Notes: a model not told the origin generated them from the sequence alone. A stretch of 64,000 nt of DNA from Flaccisagitta enflata (GCA_965153355.1 OZ231126.1:17732001-17796000), one strand, 5' to 3'. Numbered from the stretch's first letter, positions 29,555-44,495 are shown. Numbers and translations: made by a program.

Positions 29555-29580
29555 GGACAGACAGAGAAAAAAAGTAAAAA

Positions 29581-29656
<76 letters not shown>

Positions 29657-29701
29657 AGGAAAGACAGAAAGAAAGAAAGAAAGAAAGAGAGAAGAAAAAG
29701 T

Positions 29702-29774
<73 letters not shown>

Positions 29775-29956
29775 GGAGAGAAAGGAAAAACCAGGAGCTT
29801 ACAAAACGACAGTTGTTGGCTCTGCTCACTGCATCCCGGGTCCAAGATAAAGATAAAAAGGACGAGAGAAAGCAAAAAAGAACTCGCCTACCCATGAGAA
29901 CATAGAAATGTGGAAGTAATTAACGAAGCATTGTTTTTTGTTTGTGAGAAAGAATG

Positions 29957-30063
<107 letters not shown>

Positions 30064-30624
30064 GAGACAGACAGAGAGACAGAGAGACAGAGAGACTTTT
30101 AGTCGGGCAGACAGAAGGAAAACAGATTGATCGACTTAACGACAGATAGACAGAAAGCGAGATGGACAAACAGACAGACAAGTAGATAGACTCTAACAGC
30201 GTGGGACAGAGCAATTGTACTATAAACATGAAGGCCATGGGTAATTTGAGCTATGAGATAGTTAGTAGGGAAAAGAGAGCAGTATGAAAAAAGAGATGCA
30301 AAGAATATTTAGCAAGTAGGAAAAAAAGAAAGAAAGAAAGGAAGACGGAGAGACAGAAAAGAAGATGGAAAGAAAAAAGTAAAAAGGGAAAAAAACAGAG
30401 CAGGAAAGCAAAGGTGAAATAAAAACTCTGAAACTCAGAGACTCTGGAAATACCCTGGAAAAAAGCGACCTCATCGCGACTAAAAAAAAAGAATAAATGA
30501 GCAATTTGAAAACGGAAAAATATGTTTTAGTTGGGTTTTTCGTGAGGAGCCAAAATTAAGGAAAAAATAGCCCCGAGAAAATCGATTTCACTCTCCCTTT
30601 TCTGAAAACCTCGACGACCCAGCA

Positions 30625-30664
<40 letters not shown>

Positions 30665-31084
30665 ATTTTCAATTTTCAATCTTCCCCTTCTCTTCCCCTT
30701 TTCTCCCTGGGCACTCGATCGCATTGTTCCAAGAAAAGCAGCGGAATATTGAGCAAAGATGATAACCAGTGGCTTTTGACAAGACAAGCAAATGGCCCAG
30801 TTTGTCCATCTGATTGTCAATCTGTTGGTTTATCAAATCTTATTTTGTCATATTTCATCGATTTTGACCTCACTGCTCTTGCACAAATGCTCTAGTTACG
30901 CCAAATATGTCCCTTGCCCACCGGCACGCAACTGGGTTAGCTGTATATCTGGTCTTGTTTGTTTAGATTATTAGATCAGATTGACCCTAAGGAATAACAA
31001 TGAAAAAAATGTACAGAATAATTGGCCAAAGTTGAGAACTCCTCACTGTGGCTGTGCACCTGTTTTTACAAAAATCCATAACTG

Positions 31085-31225
31085 TAACCATACCCCTAAC
31101 CCTACCCTAACCCTAAACCCACTCCTAAACCTAACATAACCTCTGATCCTTCTCCTTACCCTAAACCCACCCCTATCCCTAACCCGACCTCTAACCCTAA
31201 AGTAAACCCTAGCCAAAACCTACCT
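31085..31225. repeat. Degenerate telomere-like (CCCTAA)n tract
   Basis: cccctaaccctaccctaaccctaaacccactcctaaacctaac... Confidence 0.7.
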
Positions 31226-31566
31226 GCGCGAAAGTATTGTTCAGCCGAAAAACAAAAGACCAATTTCCCTTTCTCCTCCTAAACCAAATGTTTGATAGAT
31301 AAACAGCATGAAAATGATTGGAAATGTACTTGAGTCTTGGGCAAAAATTAGAACTGTTTTCAACAGTCAAATTACATCAGATAATACAAATCTAAAATTA
31401 AATCATTGTTTTGCATTTTGAAACAAATGAACCAAGCAGTTATATTAAGGTGAACTGCATAAAGTGATTCTCAAGAATGAGCGAAGAAAATTTCGAGAAT
31501 AGGAACGAAATTTGCGGCTCGCGGGATCTAAGGCGTTCGGCAATAGTGTCAACTGCAACAGATTAG

Positions 31567-31658
<92 letters not shown>

Positions 31659-31967
31659 ATGATGAGGATGTTGATGAAGATGATGATGATAATGGTGATG
31701 TACTGCCGTTCTCATTGAAATGTAAAACTGTCTTTCTATCTGACAACGTTGTCATTCGATTCTGTGAATTTGATTCTGAAATGTAAAATTTCAAAAATAG
31801 CGATTTTTTTTTCCTTCAAAATCGAAGCGTGGAGAAAAGAAGAGAACATTGAAATTTGACATCTGCCCGAAAAGAAAAAAATGGTTTAAGACAACCGCTG
31901 ATAAATCGATTTGAAAAAGTGGGTGAAAAAGGATGGGTTTGTGCTATAGAGTGATCGTTGTGATGGA

Positions 31968-33050
31968 TGGGAAACATGGGCTTGAGGTGGTAACATCATC
32001 GTCATCTTCTAGGTATTTGATAATGTAAACTGGGAAGGGAGACATGAGCTGAAGGCAATAACAACATTGTCATCCACAACATATAATGAATGAATTGAAA
32101 TGGGGGGGGGGGGGAATTGGGGGAACATAGACTGGAAGCGGTTACATCATCTTTAATGTGTGAGATTATGAAATGGGGACGGCACACACGGGAAACACAG
32201 TTGGTAACATCATTGTCATATTTGACTTGTTTAATGATGTGAATTGAATAGGGAAACATGGGCTTGAGTTACTGACATCATGCATCATTGTCATCTTAAG
32301 CATATGAAATATATTGAAACGGGGGAGGGGGGGCGGTGTAACATAGGCTCATGACTCGTTTGGGCGCTTCGCATAGCAAAAAAATTGAGTTTCTTCTCGT
32401 CCCACTAACTCAATAAGGAGTGAAAAAAATCCATAAAGATTACCGTTTTCCTTTTCTCAAAATTCCTTCATCTTCTGTTTTTGTTTTGGCCTTAAAGTTT
32501 CTTCAGATTTCCCAGAATTCAGTAAAATCCTGTGATGTCTTGTTACAAAAGGAACATTGTTAGTTTTAGAAAATTGTGATTTTTGTGAAAATAGATCAAA
32601 ATATTAGAGCATGAGTTACAAAAGAGCTTGTGAAAAGGCCGATTAATCATTTTATGAAAAGCAGAAATTTTAAAAAGCTAATTCAAAGAAGATCAGCATC
32701 TTGTTTTATCCCACTGCAATATACAAACTAGGCTTTCAAAAACAATTTTCTAAAAATCAAAAGATGAATGATTTTTGATAAAAGAAAAATGGTAAGGGTC
32801 CTCCACTCCACATTAGATAAAGAGGGTGAAAAGAAATAGCCAACTTTTGCTATGTGAAGCACCCAAATGATTCGTCATCATCTTTAGTGTATTGGGAAGG
32901 GACGTATGGCCATAGGAAACACATGCGGTTATATCATTGTGTCTGACATGTTAGATGATGTGAATCGATTAGGGAAACATGGGATGATAGCATGATCGTC
33001 ATGTTCAACATAATAGTTGACGTGAAGTGAGAGGGGAAACATGATTCGAG
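31968..33050. repeat. Old ~60-80-bp minisatellite (~9 units) interrupted by a MITE
   Basis: Recurring gggaaacatgg...taacatcattgtcat...gatgtgaattga on both sides of 32360-32866. Confidence 0.7.
32360..32866 (+). mobile_element. Non-autonomous DNA transposon with 9-bp TSD, copy 2
   Basis: TTGGGCGCTTCGCATAG...CTATGTGAAGCACCCAA; TSD atgactcgt/atgattcgt; colinear with 5322-5835. Confidence 0.9.
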
Positions 33051-33136
33051 GGCGCGATGAGACACAAGCTATAATGACAAGTGAAAAAATCAGTTGACGA
33101 TGGAAATCAGTAACATTTGATTCATTAAAAGACATA

Positions 33137-33313
33137 CAGTTAAACCCCGCTCTAATGGATTTCAAGGGACCAATAAATTTTGTCTGTTATAAGCAGATAT
33201 CTGTTACAGCTAATGTAGGAATTAAAAGAAAACAGGTTGAAGGGACCAAGAATTGATATCTGTTTTAAGCGGAATTCCGTTAAAAGCGGGTCCTTTCGAG
33301 CGGGGTGCGACTA
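33137..33313. mobile_element. pogo/Tigger-like MITE
   Basis: TA|CAGTTAAACCCCGCTC...GAGCGGGGTGCGACTA|TA. Confidence 0.7.
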
Positions 33314-35211
33314 TATCAAACGACGCATTAAAAGATACATTAAGAATAGTGCACCGTAGGCGTTTTTTGATGGGTCCTTAGAGGCGATCAAAAGAACTAG
33401 AAAACGGTGATCTTTTGTTGAATTCTCTAGCATAGAACCCTGATAACTAAAGTCAGTACACCCTGACCTCTAGATCAAACCCAAACAAAAGGTCATTTTG
33501 ACCAATTGGCTGGGGTACAGTAAAACTGTTTTCTAGATGAAAAAATGTACAAAAAACTCTTTCATGACCGTTCTAATGAACTAAAAATACAATAACAGCG
33601 GCAATTTTTCTCATTTTTGCCTTGATTGCTTTTCATGGTGTTGTATCACTAAAAAACAAGTGGAGGTGGCACTGGTTGCTCTATTTTAGCCATAATTGAA
33701 TATCAAAGTTGAGCTGGTCAATGGTAATCTTCTCTATAAATGTACAATTTATCATGCATTTGCTTATAGAAACTTAAAATTGCCTACTGAAGGTCAAACA
33801 TGAACTGTAATAGTAGCATAGGGAGGTGTCAAAATGAGTTTACCCTGAAAAAATAACAAAATCTGGCTAAAAAACATGAAAAACATAATATCTACTGATT
33901 TCTGTGTGGTGCACCCAGAAAGAGAGTCGAGTGGAGAGAGAGTAGAACGAAGATTCTAAATAAGTGACTCAATCTCGTTATTCTTTTTTTTTTTTTTAGT
34001 CGCGTGCACCCGCTTTGTCCGTCGGTTGTTTTACTTTTTTTTAAGATTTTATTTTTTTGACCCCGCTGCTCCTGCCCAAATGGTCTAGTGACTTCAAATA
34101 TGGTCCCTACCCACCCGCACGCGGCTTCAGTAGCCGTGTATCCGGCCTTGTTTTTTTTTTTAAAAGGGGAACGGGAAGGGGAAGGAATTGCAAAGATAGG
34201 CGACCGTATAGTTCTATTCAGAGCATCGGGGGAAATTTTCTTACTTTTTCCTAAAATTTCGTTTTGGTAAACAATAAAAGGCAAATGGATTCCTTCAAGA
34301 ATTTGTGTTATGACTACGCGTGTCTTTTTCAATACGAAATGAAATCGCGATCGCTCAAAACTTCAAAAATTTGAGACTTTTCGAAGGAAAGAAAAACGGT
34401 TAAGTTTGAAATTTCAAAATAAACAGAAAGGTCCAGACAGTGTTTGATTTAATGTATCGATTGCACCCCCCCCCAAATGCAAGAGATTTCAAGACGTTGA
34501 AAAAGACGATAAATGAGTGATGACGACGATAATGACGACAATGACGACGACGAGCGACGGGTGGCGACGAAAATGTTGCTGATGGAGACTAATTTGAAAT
34601 GGCGAATATTTCAAAAGTTATGACGGGCGTGGAAAAAAAAGAGGGATAGAAGAAAAATGAAATCCTCTCAAGAAAAACGGAAAAGTGGGTCGCTAGGGCT
34701 TCTTTTTTAATGGCGTATATCAAATATCCATGGAAAGAAGTCCGTTCAAATTCCTTTTAGCGTTGACATCTTCATTCTTCAACGCGTGTTATTGAAAGGT
34801 TCAGTGGAGCGCCGCTAGAGCGCCCCCGTAATAAAGGCATTCTTGCCTATCAGGCGTAAAACTTGTTGTCACATGAGAGATTTTGTAGTTACTGCTATAT
34901 TGGCAACAAGGAAGCTTCACTATAAGGCATGAATTTGCCAAGTCCCTTAAAATGCGCTCTAGAGAAGATTACAACTTACGGTTCCATGAAAGATTTTGTA
35001 GTTATTTCTATATTGAGATAATGAGATAATGAACCTCACTCTTTTGATTGCTTTATTTACTTTTTGTTATTTTTGGTCCGGGATCTGGAATACTTAAAAT
35101 ACTTGCCTGAATGGGAATTCCAAAAGTATTCCAGTTATTTTTTTTCTCTTTTCAGCATACGGTGTGATACTATTTTCTTAGTCCGAATGAAGAAAAAAAA
35201 ATTTTAAGAGA

Positions 35212-36609
35212 AACAAGGCCAAGAGATGTCCAATAGATGCGTCCTCTTTAGACGTAAGATATAATCATACAAATTATTAGGATACATAGATATATAGATA
35301 TTAAGATATAATAGTTTGAAAATATAAAGATTCAGAGATAAAGAGAAAAATATAAACTGATTCATCTCTCCCCCCCCATGCCTCCCCACAACTCCCCCAC
35401 CCCTCCCCACCCCCCAACGCCTCCCCACCCCTTCCCCACGCCTCCCCACCCCTCTACGCCTCCCCCTCCCCACGCCTCCCCACCCCTCCCCCCACGCCTC
35501 CCCCCACCCTCCCCACCCCTCCCCCACGCCTCCCCACCCCTCTCCCCACGCCCCCACCCCTCCCCCCACGCCCCCACCCCTCCCCACCCCTCCCCCACAC
35601 CTCCTCACCCTCCCCACCCCTCCCCACGCCTCCCCACCCCTCCCCCCCGCCTCACCCCAGCCCCTCCCCCCACGCCTCCCCATCCCCTTCCCCTCCTCCC
35701 CCCACGCCATTTAGAGACATGGAGAGACATTTAGAGACATGAAGAGACATAAGAGACATAAGAGACATAAGAGACATAAGAGACATAAGAGACATAAGAG
35801 ACATAAGAGACATAAGAGATAAGAGACATAAGAGATAAGAGACATAAGAGATATAAGAGATATGATATATAAGAGACATAAGAGACATAAGAGACATATA
35901 AGACTTATAGGAGACAAAAGAGACATAAGAGACATATAGGAGACATATAGGAGACATATAGGAGACATATGAGACATAAGACACATAAGAGACATAAGAG
36001 ACAAAAGAGACCTAAGATACATAAGAGAAATAAGAGACATATAGGAGACATAAGAGACATATAGGAGACAAAAGAGACAAAAGAGATGAAAGAGATGAAA
36101 GAGACAAAAGAAATATAAGAGACAAGAAGATACATGAAGAGAAATGAAGAGAAAACCTTGAAAATCGCGTTTTGAAATTTTCGCGTGACACTCAGACATT
36201 CAGACATTCAGACAGACAGACCGACCAAGGGACAGACCCTCTTATAGAGATGCGAGGACGCATCTAATAAGAGACATAAGCGACATAGGAGATATAAGAG
36301 ACATGGGAGATATACGAGACATAGGAGATATAAGAGACATAGCAGACATAAGGGACATAAGAGGCAAAAAAGACAAAAAAGACAAAAGAGACAAAAGAGA
36401 CAAAAGAGACAAAAGAGACCGAAGAGACAACTGAGACAAAAGAGATACAAGAGACATAAGACACATGAAGAGATGTAAGAGATATAAAGAGAAATGAAGA
36501 GAAAACCTTAGAAATCGCATTTGGAAATTTTCGCGTTCCCTATACATACATACATACATACATACATAGGACAGACCCTCTTATAGAGATGCGAGGACGC
36601 ATCTAAAAA
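35212..36609 (-). mobile_element. Composite HINE-like element with a C-rich tract, 9-bp satellite and two 5' ends
   Basis: One 3' end (aacaaggccaaagagatgtccaatagatgcgtcctc), (cctccccacg/c)n at 35370-35708, (agagacata)n arrays, and the 5' end cctcttatagagatgcgaggacgcatctaa at both ~36238 and ~36577. Confidence 0.8.
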
Positions 36610-37995
36610 TATAATGCTGGTAAAACTAAGACAATATGAGCTTCACCTACGCAACTAGTGTTCTGAGGTTTCTCCTATGCATATGGCATGATTTTGATCA
36701 GTTCCTTGACATGCGCACTAGTGGAGTTCGATTGTATTGTGTTTCGATTTCTACTAGAAATTTTCTAGTGTGATGTGATATATAACGACCAACTGTCCTT
36801 GACATTTTATTGTCAAGGCCAATCAAGACATTGTTGATTAATCGTATCATTGCCGGCCTTGAATGTTCTGCAATTAAATGCCATTTTGAAATTTTCATCA
36901 AAGAAGTTGTTAATTGGCGGTTGCGATGCCCTCTAGAGCGCGCGCGCACCCGCTAATAAGGCAATTATTAATCAGGTAATCATTTCTGTAATGGCAATGT
37001 AAGCAGGCCTTATTCTAAAGTGAGCCCGCTCTCTATTTTGCTTTCGGGCTATCATGTTTTGCTGGATGTGAGCTCGAAAGGCTCTTTTAAAGTAGGCTAT
37101 ATATCGTGCTCACAAGTTGCATACATGCTAAATGTCTATGGGACCTTTTTGTGATTCAAAATGTAATCATTTTCGCATAAGTATGAACAGATAACGGCGC
37201 TAGATATATGAATTATTCCAAAATGAGTTTTTACTCGCGGCTCGGTTATTCTGTTAGAGGAATTGTCCGTCAATTGGCCCGTCTGTCGGTTGTGCTTTGA
37301 TCAAGTAAAACGGTGTAAAAACGCGCATTACCAAGCGTCACTTTCCCTTCATGTTTGACAAACCGCACATCATTCAAGGTTGCGATATGCTTAGATGCCG
37401 TCGCTTCACAAATTTGGATGGACAGATCTTGAGGCGTTCTTTGCGCATAATGATGTTGACATAAATGACGACCCGATCCTCGGGTCGTTTCACATGTTGA
37501 GTAAGGAATTGACGTATTATCGCTTGTAGTGACAACTGAGAAATTCCTGGATTCTTTTATATAATGGTTCTACAACATAAAATCCACTAGCTCAAGTCAG
37601 ATAAAAGGCCGTTTATTGCGGAAAAAAAGTTGAAAACTGACGATAGTACTTGGTTTATTCCACCAAATAGATTTTGATGATGGCAAACTGGTCTAAATCA
37701 GTAATCTTAAGGAGAAGTCTTTATCTTCCGCTCAAATAAAATGTTTTCCACAGTTACTTCAATATGCAAATTAGGGTTTTATTACATTCTTTATCTGAAT
37801 CGCTGCTTTTCGGTCGGGCTCAATCTAATCGTGAGAAGTGAGCCCGGAAGGCTCAGTCAAAGAAATAGCTAAAGCCAGGTCTGAATATAAGGCAGCAATA
37901 CTTTAATTTGGCTCAGTCCCTTGTCATGCGGCCTAGTGATGTCCAACTGTAGATGTCCACTATCATCCAACTGTATTCTTATTTTTGCGTTCATC

Positions 37996-38078
37996 CAGGG
38001 CCGTATGGCAAGGGGCCGCCAGGGCTGCCATGGCGGCCCCTTGTTGGGATACACACCTCAAAGAGAGAGAGAGAGAGA

Positions 38079-38176
<98 letters not shown>

Positions 38177-38381
38177 AAGAAAGAAAAAGAGAAAGAGAGT
38201 GAGATGAAGAGAGAGAGAAAAAGAGAGAAAGCTTTCTTATACTGAAATGCACAAAGAATTACTGTTGTCTTCATATATAGAGGCAAAAAATCACTAGTTA
38301 GAATAATTAGGACACTAAAAAGTCGTTGTGACACAAATTGGAGGTGGCACCCCCAAAATCATAGGCTCCCATACGGCGCTG
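37996..38381. mobile_element. hAT-like MITE carrying (GA)n
   Basis: CAGGGCCGTATGG...CCATACGGCGCTG; exact 8-bp TSD cgttcatc (37988-37995, 38382-38389). Confidence 0.9.
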
Positions 38382-39109
38382 CGTTCATCCAATTTCATCT
38401 CTGTCCCTTTTATAGTTTAAATCCTTTCGGCCCTTCTCACTCCAAAGCCTCAACCTACGTTTTCCACCTACCGCATCCTTGACGCCATTTTTGTCCCAGC
38501 AGCCTATTAATTTCGTCATCTCCCTTCAGCCCTTCCACCTTCCTCCTTTCCACCATCAACCTTTCACCACATTCCCTATCCCTGACAACCATCTAAGTCC
38601 CAGTAGCCCTTCTTTCACGCGACTACACGTTGCTGCGTTGGTTGGTCCGTCATATGTTTGAATTGTGAGCGGCCCAACCATCTGCAACTGGGGTGCCGTG
38701 TATCCGGCCTTATTCGTCGTATCCCTTCAGCCCCACCATCATCAGCTCTTAACCGCCTCCCCCTTCAACAATAATGTTTTTTGGCCCAGAATTTTGTCAT
38801 CTACCTTCAGCTCTTCCACCTTCCGCCCTGCACCACTTTCCCCATCCTTAACCTCATTCGATCCACCACCGGATTTTCGATCCACCGAAGTTAATTTGCT
38901 TTTACTATACCTTTCGCCAGGGAAGAAAAAAAGATTAAAAAAAAAAAGTGAAAATAGAAAGACAGAAACCATTTTTCGTGATTTTTGTTTACGTTATATA
39001 GGGTAAAAGGGAACAAATGAGAATTGGGGCGACATCATACGCACATTTGTACTTTGCTTTTAACTCTTTTGGTGTCCTTATTCTTTAATGCTCAAATAAT
39101 GTAGTGATG

Positions 39110-39360
39110 TTTAGTCGCGTGCTACGCGACTCTATACCCCCATTATGTCGGTCCATCGGTCGGTTGGTCGGTTGGTCAGTTGGTTGGTCGGTCGGTCAGT
39201 CGGTCGGGCGGTTGATGGGTCGGTCGGTCCCCTTTTTACTTTTTCGTCGTTTTTGAGCTTTCTGAGACTACTGCTCCTGTCCAAATGCTCTGGTGACCTT
39301 CTCCAGCACTGCTCCTGCCCACCCGCACGCGACTGGGGTAGCTGTGTATCCGGCCTTGTT
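39110..39360 (+). mobile_element. Full-length HINE-like element
   Basis: ttt-agtcgcgtgctacgcgact-ctata...(gtcg/gttg)n...gcacgcgact...gtgtatccggccttgtt; same subfamily as 54948-55154 and 62366-62589. Confidence 0.85.
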
Positions 39361-39472
39361 TAACTTGATGTGAGATGGTTACCGTAACAATGTACATTAC
39401 TACAAAATCTGTTTGTACTGAACAGCTATGCACTCTGAGCCTTCGGCTTATTTTGGTGGTACTGCTACAAAG

Positions 39473-39602
39473 TAGGGATGTGGAAGCGGTGGATTTTAGT
39501 GCCGCTTCCACCGCTTCCGCTTCCGCTTCCATTTTGTAGTTCAAATACTAGTAGCTATCCCACCCACCAAAATGGAAGCGGTCAATCGCTTCCACATCCC
39601 TA
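39473..39602. mobile_element. 130-bp hAT-like MITE
   Basis: TAGGGATGTGGAAGCG...CGCTTCCACATCCCTA; exact 8-bp TSD ctacaaag; internal ccgctt repeats. Confidence 0.92.
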
Positions 39603-40017
39603 CTACAAAGAATTGATTATCATCAAAAGTTTTGAAATTAAACAATGTCTCGTTTTCATCACGTTTCGCGATTAGTGCTTCAGTACTTAGAATTTTAGCG
39701 TCGGACTTTCAACTGAGGTTTCGCGTATTTTCCTAACGATTTCTCCGGAGAATTAACGGTAAGAAGGAAAAATGCTGAAGAAACAAGGAATGAGGAGATT
39801 ACAAGATTCAAAGTTTCAGAAATGGGGATGGGGTGGAGGGGGGGGGAGTAGATGAGGGTAAAGAAGGTGTAAGTGCGCCCTGAAACCCTGAAACCCTAAA
39901 TGCTTCCGCGGGTTCAAAAGTACAACTGGAAATGATTACAAAAACACTAAATTCTGATAAATGCTTCCAAGCTGCAAATTAGGGGATTTTCCTTGACGGA
40001 ATTAAAGAGAAGAAAAG

Positions 40018-40268
<251 letters not shown>

Positions 40269-40759
40269 ACCAGAAAGACAGACAGACAGTCAGAGTCACA
40301 GACCGCAGAAAATATGATAATCAGACACATCGACTAGTGAACACACAGACAGGCAACCAAGTACGTAGAAAAACAAATAGACTGATAGGAAGACAGAAAG
40401 CCAGACAGACAAGCGAATAAGCTGGACATACTGAGTAAATAAGTTGGTCGAGGGATTATGAAAAAGATACTTACATTACCAAAAAAAAACTTTTTGATGA
40501 GGACAAACGGACAATATTACGTAACAGAAGCAGGGCAGTTTCTTCGATCTTGGATTTTAGTAAGGCAACTATTGATCATCGCCATCTAGCGGAATTGAGG
40601 TTAACGAGGCTTCGGAAAAGTGGTGCATCTTCATTTGTCAGCGCGAAGATGTCATCAAATCGTCATCATCACCGCTTTCTTAATTAATCCCTCATTCCGA
40701 AGCTCATCGACCAGAACGTGAATGACGACGACGACGACGATGACGACGGCAAGGAATAA

Positions 40760-41015
<256 letters not shown>

Positions 41016-41311
41016 CACTGACGACGCTGCAGCAGCTAGTGGACTAATGCGGGATTTCTCCATTTTTCAGGGATTCTTTCGTCATAATTTAGGAGAATAG
41101 AAAAATGAAAGATAAACATTCTGGTTGATGCTTTTAGCTTTGAGTTCGTGATAAAATGAGGTAGAATTTCTGAATTCCAACATGATTCGAAAATTGAGTC
41201 AAAATCGTCTTCAAATTAACCCTAAAAATTCACTCTCCTTATCCATCTGGGTTATCCATAATGACGTGAGATCAAAGAAAGAAAGAAAGACAGAAAGAAA
41301 GAAAGAAAGTC

Positions 41312-41374
<63 letters not shown>

Positions 41375-41383
41375 GAGAAAGAC

Positions 41384-41454
<71 letters not shown>

Positions 41455-41487
41455 ATGAATGAAAGAAGGAAAGAAAGAAAGGAAGAC

Positions 41488-41566
<79 letters not shown>

Positions 41567-41605
41567 AAAAGAAACATAAAAAAAAATGAAAGAATGAAAG
41601 AATGA

Positions 41606-41645
<40 letters not shown>

Positions 41646-41646
41646 C

Positions 41647-41681
<35 letters not shown>

Positions 41682-41682
41682 C

Positions 41683-41745
<63 letters not shown>

Positions 41746-42419
41746 GAGAAAGAAAGAAAGAAAGAAAGAAAGAAATAAAAAGAAACATAAAAAAAACCTG
41801 AAAAACAGAATGGGAAAATCCATCAACATTCTTTTATCTGTTTCCGTTTCTCGTTAAGTCAGGAATTCTCATGTTCGTCAATCGTCAATGGCCACTCATT
41901 GACGGGTGAATCTGTCGCAATTAATGCCTTTTATATTTTTAGTCGCCTGCTATCTGACTCTAAAACTCACTTTGTCCGCCCAGCTGTCCGTCCCTCCGTC
42001 CCTCCGTCCCTCCGTCCCTCCGTCCGTCTCTCGTTTGTCGCAATGTTCTCTTTTTGTCTTTTTCTTGAACAATTCTTGAGATTCTTACAGTCATTATGAA
42101 TGGGCAATAGGTACTTATAAATTTATGGAAAAAAAAGTGACCATGAATTTATGGCAGAAAAATGCTGTTTTTTATGATTTTCTTTGGAATCATAAAACAT
42201 GATATGTTTTTTGGAATAAATTTATGCATTCTTATTGCATAAATTCTTCCAAAAAGTGATCATAAATCTATGAGCAATAGGTACCCATGAATTTATGGAA
42301 AGAATTGCATTTTTGTATGATTTTCTATCGAATCATAGAAATAAAAAAAATGATTTGTTTTTTAGCATAGATTCAAAATTTTTTGCGTAAATTTATGATA
42401 AAAAGTGAGTGTGTGTGTG

Positions 42420-42530
<111 letters not shown>

Positions 42531-42701
42531 TAAAACAGTCGTTTTACCGCTCTCTACCAATCTCCATCACACGGTAGTTTTGAATCTGAATCTTTGTTGA
42601 TGTCGGTTCGTTAATCATTATGTATTAATCGTCCCAGGCCATTGGTTCATTTTTATCGCTCATGGCTTACTTTACCACTCCCTCCCTTATAGTCCTTGGT
42701 A

Positions 42702-42869
42702 CAGTTGAGCTTCACTAGAGCGCATGCCAAGGGATTGGATGAAACTATGCCTTATACTGAAGCTGCCTTATCGCCAACAGAGAAATAACTGCAAAATCAG
42801 TGAGTTTAATGCCTTTTGATTTAAGTGGGCATGCCTTATTAGCGGGTGCGTTCTAGCGGCGCTCCACTG
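42702..42869. mobile_element. pogo/Tigger-like MITE
   Basis: TA|CAGTTGAGCTTCACTAGAGCGCA...TGCGTTCTAGCGGCGCTCCACTG|TA; related fragments near 34802, 36640-36735 and 36930. Confidence 0.75.
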
Positions 42870-43058
42870 TAATTGTATGTCCCCCGTCCCCCGTCCCCCG
42901 TTCCTCCTTTTCCATTTAATGCCAATGATTCTTTTCCACTATGCCATCATTTTCCCTGTCAAATCCTTGAGGAATACTGATTGCTGCTCTGAAACTGAAT
43001 CAGACAATCTGTGCGGCTTGATTGGATTATAAAAAAGACATTCATCTGCAAAGATTGT

Positions 43059-43090
<32 letters not shown>

Positions 43091-43115
43091 ATTTTTATGA
43101 AAATTGGTTTTTTTT

Positions 43116-43200
<85 letters not shown>

Positions 43201-43225
43201 CTTGACACACACACAAAACGCTTAA

Positions 43226-43837
43226 GACGGCGAGCATTTGATGTCAACATATAGTGTTTCGCCCCATCTTTAAGCTGTAGTTAAATAATTATGATACAAC
43301 AATTACTTTGGTAAGACAAATTATCTACAGAAATACTCTTTGAGTATGTTTTTGTCATATGTTGTCCTCAAAAGAACCTTTAAATCAGCAATTCACATGA
43401 GAAAAGCAAAGAAAGTAGGGTTCATAGTGAGATTTTGCTTACATTTTTTATCTCATTACTGCTGTTAAAATCATAAGACTGACAAATGCAGAGAAATTTT
43501 TCATTTTTAAAAACATAGCCGCCTTCATAATCAATTTTGGAAGGCGGCTATGGTCTTCATTTTTGTGTTTTTTCATTTTCTATGCAAAGTTATAATTTTA
43601 ACAAGCCTCCTATCAGTGAACAGATACCAAATTTTGAATATTCCTTAATGAAAATATTTTGTTAATGATAGCTACACTTGCTCTTTTGTCCTATTTGAAT
43701 GCAAATTTTGCAATGAGATACTTATTATGATATACTTCAATGATTCTTTTCATAATATTTTTTATTTTCATTCCGATAGAATTTTCTATTTCAACTCCAT
43801 TTGACACACTAAATCTTGCCGTCGGATGTTCGCCGTC
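43226..43837. mobile_element. TTAA-flanked non-autonomous element (possibly Kolobok-like)
   Basis: TTAA|GACGGCGAGCAT...ATGTTCGCCGTC|TTAA; ~35-bp imperfect TIR; purine-purine start rather than the piggyBac CC. Confidence 0.75.
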
Positions 43838-43946
43838 TTAAGCAATTTTCATCAAAATGTGTTTGTTTTTTTTTGACAACCTTTGCAGATGAATGTTTTT
43901 TATGATCCAATCAAGCTGCGCAAATTGTCTGATTCAGTGTGTGTGT

Positions 43947-44039
<93 letters not shown>

Positions 44040-44182
44040 TGAAATCAAACAGTCGGTCGTATTACCGCTCTCTACCGATCTCCATCACATGTTAGTATAG
44101 TTTTGAATCTGAATCATTGTTAATGCCGGTTAGTTAATCGTTCCAGCTCCAGGCCATTGGTTTCCAGTATATCGCGGCATAA

Positions 44183-44399
44183 TTTTTCGTCGCGGACACG
44201 GGAGTCTACACCTTGCCGTGTCAGTCCGTCCGTCAGTCCGTCAGTCCATCCGTTCGTCCCTCCGTCCGTCCGTCCCTCCATCCGTCCGTCCCTCCGTCCG
44301 TCCGTCCGTCCCTCCGAATTGCGAGCGTTTTTTTCATTATTGCCCCTGCCTAAGCAGCCCAACCATCCGCGACTGTCCTGCCGTGTATCCGGCCTTGTT
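44183..44399 (+). mobile_element. HINE-like element
   Basis: tttttcgtcgcggacac...(gtcc)n...tccgcgact...gccgtgtatccggccttgtt. Confidence 0.8.
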
Positions 44400-44495
44400 T
44401 CCCTCACTTTTTTTGCGTAGTTATTAATTCATGCCGGTTTTATCGAGAGACGAATTCATCAGAGTTATCACTGCAATTTGTCTCGTTCGTTATAA

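Noticed and set aside
31968..33050. CRISPR-like repeat-spacer appearance
   Set aside because: Repeats are degenerate, the 'spacers' are mutually homologous, there are no cas genes and the context is eukaryotic.
35204..35734. Gly-rich / Pro-rich extensin-like ORFs
   Set aside because: Translations of a C-rich tandem tract inside a repeat element.
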